Source: Eledone cirrhosa
Taxonomy: Eukaryota
NCBI GenBank assembly: GCA_964016885.1
Contig: OZ024753.1
Span: forward strand, 25,296,001-25,360,000
Reading direction: 5' to 3'
Length of the DNA: 64,000 nucleotides
In this document: piece by piece, positions 61,509-64,000 of the stretch
Position numbering within the stretch: position 1 is the stretch's first letter
Layout of the letters: each line of letters starts with the position of its first letter
Position numbers and translations under genes: made by a program
The notes under the pieces: model-generated
What the model saw: the letters and a program-made list of their open reading frames with translations, nothing else
Databases searched by the model: none
What the model was told of the DNA's origin: nothing

Positions 61509-61610
61509 TACACACATATGTATATTTGTGAGTGTATATAGATACATATACACATACCTAACTATATTTCCATATATTTTTTGTATATTTTTCTATATTT
61601 TTTGCATTTC
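61509..61610. repeat. Low-complexity TA/CA-rich then T-rich linker between the two retroelements
   Basis: tacacacatatgtatatttgtgagtgtatatagatacatatacacatacc followed by tatattt-type repeats. Confidence 0.6.
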
Positions 61611-61650
61611 TTGAGGAGACTTTCCAAATATTTCACTATGTTTTATATTG

Positions 61651-61728
61651 CCTTGTCCGACGAACGAATGAGGACATTTTTTTCGTATTCGTCTTATTCG
61701 GGAAACCTCTGGTAATGAGGTAATTATA
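61651..61728 (+). ncRNA. Candidate type I hammerhead ribozyme in the 5' leader/pLTR of the Penelope-like element (variant core)
   Basis: Core CCGACGA (61657-61663; CUGANGA with U4>C). Stem II cgaatga-g-gac/gtc-ttattcg. GAAA at 61702-61705. Stem III acctc/gaggt. GUA cleavage triplet at 61720-61722. Stem I is weak and the 10.1-11.1 pair is an A-G mismatch. Confidence 0.55.
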
Positions 61729-61944
61729 TTGTATTGTTTATTATACATTAAATTTTGCTCTGGTACTTGCATAGAGTACTCTTCACTCCTATGACTTTTT
61801 CAATTTTCAACGGAAACTTCAATACTTATACAGGTCCCAAGGGAATGATCGCAGCATATTCTACATTTTTATGAGATTGGCACCTTCCAGCCCTTTTAAA
61901 GTCAAGCACTCTTCAGTCAATAGGATTATAAACCAATACTGAAC

Positions 61945-64000
61945 ATGGATAAATATCCTTTGGATTACTCCATCAAGAACATCCCTACACCTTCTAACAC
62001 TTCCTACACGAAAATGCTGATAGACAAAGTAGAGAAGGTTGTTAAAAGAATGAGATGGAAAGCTTTGATTCTCGATGGACACTTTAACACGGACTCTACG
62101 GAACATTTTGATATCAAAACTCATAAATACCCACAAAGAGTAAAAGATATGACCGCTTTTGAACTAGACTTAGTTAATCTAATCAACAATATAATTTTCG
62201 TAAGTACTCTAACCCTTTTCAATCTAAACTATCTAATGATATTTCAATATTCAAATCTTCTAAAAATAAGTCCATTTTCTCCGACAAAACTAAAAACTTA
62301 TACAAAGTTAATAATAATTTACATGACCATCTCTTAATAGATAACATCACCTCTAAATACCAAATAGCTAATATAAACACGTATCATAATATAAATAAGG
62401 AAGCTAAAGAATTAGCTAGTTCTTTAAAAACAGAAAAACTTGCTAAACGTAATGCATATATCACCCTTAAAGATCACAAACCTGACTTTATTAATCGTCC
62501 TAGTTGTAGATTAATCAACCCTGCTAAGACTGATATCGGTCTTGTCAGCAAAAAAATTTTAAATAATATAAACACACACATTAGAAGTAAGTCTAAATTA
62601 CTCCAATGGATAAATAGCTCTTCCGTAGTACATTGGTTTAATAAAATTAAAGATAAAAATAGTTCTAGATTCACCCAATTTGACATTGTAGATTTCTACC
62701 CGTCTATCACTCAGACTCTTTTAGCGAAAGCTTTAAATTTCACTAGAAAGTTTACCAATATCTCTGATATTGAAGAGAATGTCATCTTGCATGCTAGAAA
62801 CACTCTACTCTTTACTGATAATGACACTTGGGTAAAAATATCTAACCCAGAGAGCCCATTCAATGTCTCAATGGGCTCTTTTGACAGTGCTGATGTTTGT
62901 GATTTAGTCGGCCTATTCCTCCTACACACACTTAAAGAAAAATTCCCTAACCATAGTTTTGGGCTTTATCGCGACGATGGTCTAATACTTTCCCATACCA
63001 CCATAGGCCATAACTTAGATAGATTAAGGAAAGACTTAATAAAAACCTTTGCTAGTTTTAATCTTAAAATTACTATTGACACTAACCTTTCCAATGTTAA
63101 TTTTCTAGATATAAACCTAGATTTGCCTACTGCTTCTTATAAACCATACCATAAACCTAATGAAAATTTAAAATATATAAATAAAGGCTCTTGCCATCCT
63201 CCTATAGTTTTTAAAAACCTTATCCCTAATATTAGCCGTAGGATCTCCACCCGCTCTTCCTCAGAAGCTATTTTCAATAAGGCAGCCCCCTACTATAATA
63301 AAGCCCTTCAAAATAGCGGATTTAGCGAACCGATTAAGTACATACCCAACAATACTAACTCTTTTAAACATAATAATAGGAAAAGAAAAATAATCTGGTT
63401 CACACCCCCTACTCTCTAGCAGTTAAAACTAATGTAGGCAAAAAATTCCTAGAGCTCTTAGATAAACATTTCCCTAGAACACATAGATACTATAAGATCT
63501 TCAATAGAAACTGTGTCAAAATTAGCTACTCTTGCGGTCCTCCTATTAAATCTTATATCATCAATAAGAAATCACCTAGAGAACATCAAAATTGCTCCTG
63601 TAGAGTCAAAAGTGAATGCCCATTACAAGGTAAATGCAACACCAAAGCCATTGTATATGCGGCTAAAGTGACAACCATCAGCAACAACCAACCAACCACC
63701 AGTGGGCGATATGTGGGTATGACACAAGACAAATTCAAAACGCGTTATTACTCACATGTCGCATCTTTCCGACATCCAGAAAAAAGATTCACAACAGCTC
63801 TGGCCAGCAGAATATGGGATTTGAAAGACCAAGGTATCCAATATAAATTGGATTGGTCAATTTTGAACCAATCTAAAGAATATGCAAGAGGCACAAGAAG
63901 ATGCACACTCTGCATAAGTGAAAAATATTGGATTTTACAAAACCTTGAATCACCAAAAACCTGCCTAAATACAAAAACGGAAATTTTCACCAGTTGCCCA
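61945..64000 (+). mobile_element. Penelope-like retroelement, Naiad-type; RT + C-terminal GIY-YIG ORF with two 1-nt frameshifts, running off the window
   Basis: Manual translation across frames gives YSIKNIPTPS, KRMRWKA, DKTKNLY, ITLKDHK, CRLINPAK, QFDIVDFYPSI, MGSFDSADVCDLVG, GLYRDDGL, NFLDI, RKRKIIWFTPP-YS, KTNVGKKFL, KISYSC, CSC-x5-CPLQGKC, AIVY...YVGMT...FKTRYYSH and CTLCISEK. Frameshifts are at ~62193 and ~63409. Confidence 0.9.

Noticed and set aside
60769-63990. ORFs 60769..61053(+), 61093..61494(+), 61861..62136(-), 62474..62686(-), 62711..62929(-), 63748..63990(-)
   Set aside because: Antisense shadows of the retroelement reading frames with no recognisable motifs.
63410-64000. Selenocysteine-recoded Naiad ORF (known in some Naiad elements)
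   Set aside because: All conserved Cys positions read here are TGC/TGT and there is no in-frame TGA; the disruptions are frameshifts.

Overview
AT-rich eukaryotic (probably invertebrate animal) repetitive DNA with no recognisable host gene. About 57 kb (1-56790) is a tandem satellite of ~1,670 copies of a 34-bp monomer (consensus caagaYatagaaacaKgatagtaataactccaRB). Its variation is concentrated at a few sites, it carries kb-scale higher-order duplications, and divergence increases from left to right. The array then switches polarity into a ~1.08-kb inverted block (56788-57870) that contains an exact 319-bp inverted copy of 54491-54809. Next come a ~1.8-kb spacer with microsatellites and a mariner-type MITE, and a second ~24-monomer satellite block (59637-60447). 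That block abuts the 3' end of a 5'-truncated RTE-like LINE whose RT carries an inserted C4HC3 PHD finger. The window ends in a nearly complete Naiad-type Penelope-like retroelement (RT + GIY-YIG, two 1-nt frameshifts) preceded by a candidate hammerhead ribozyme. The hundreds of hydrophobic ORFs in the track are artefacts of the 34-bp periodicity.
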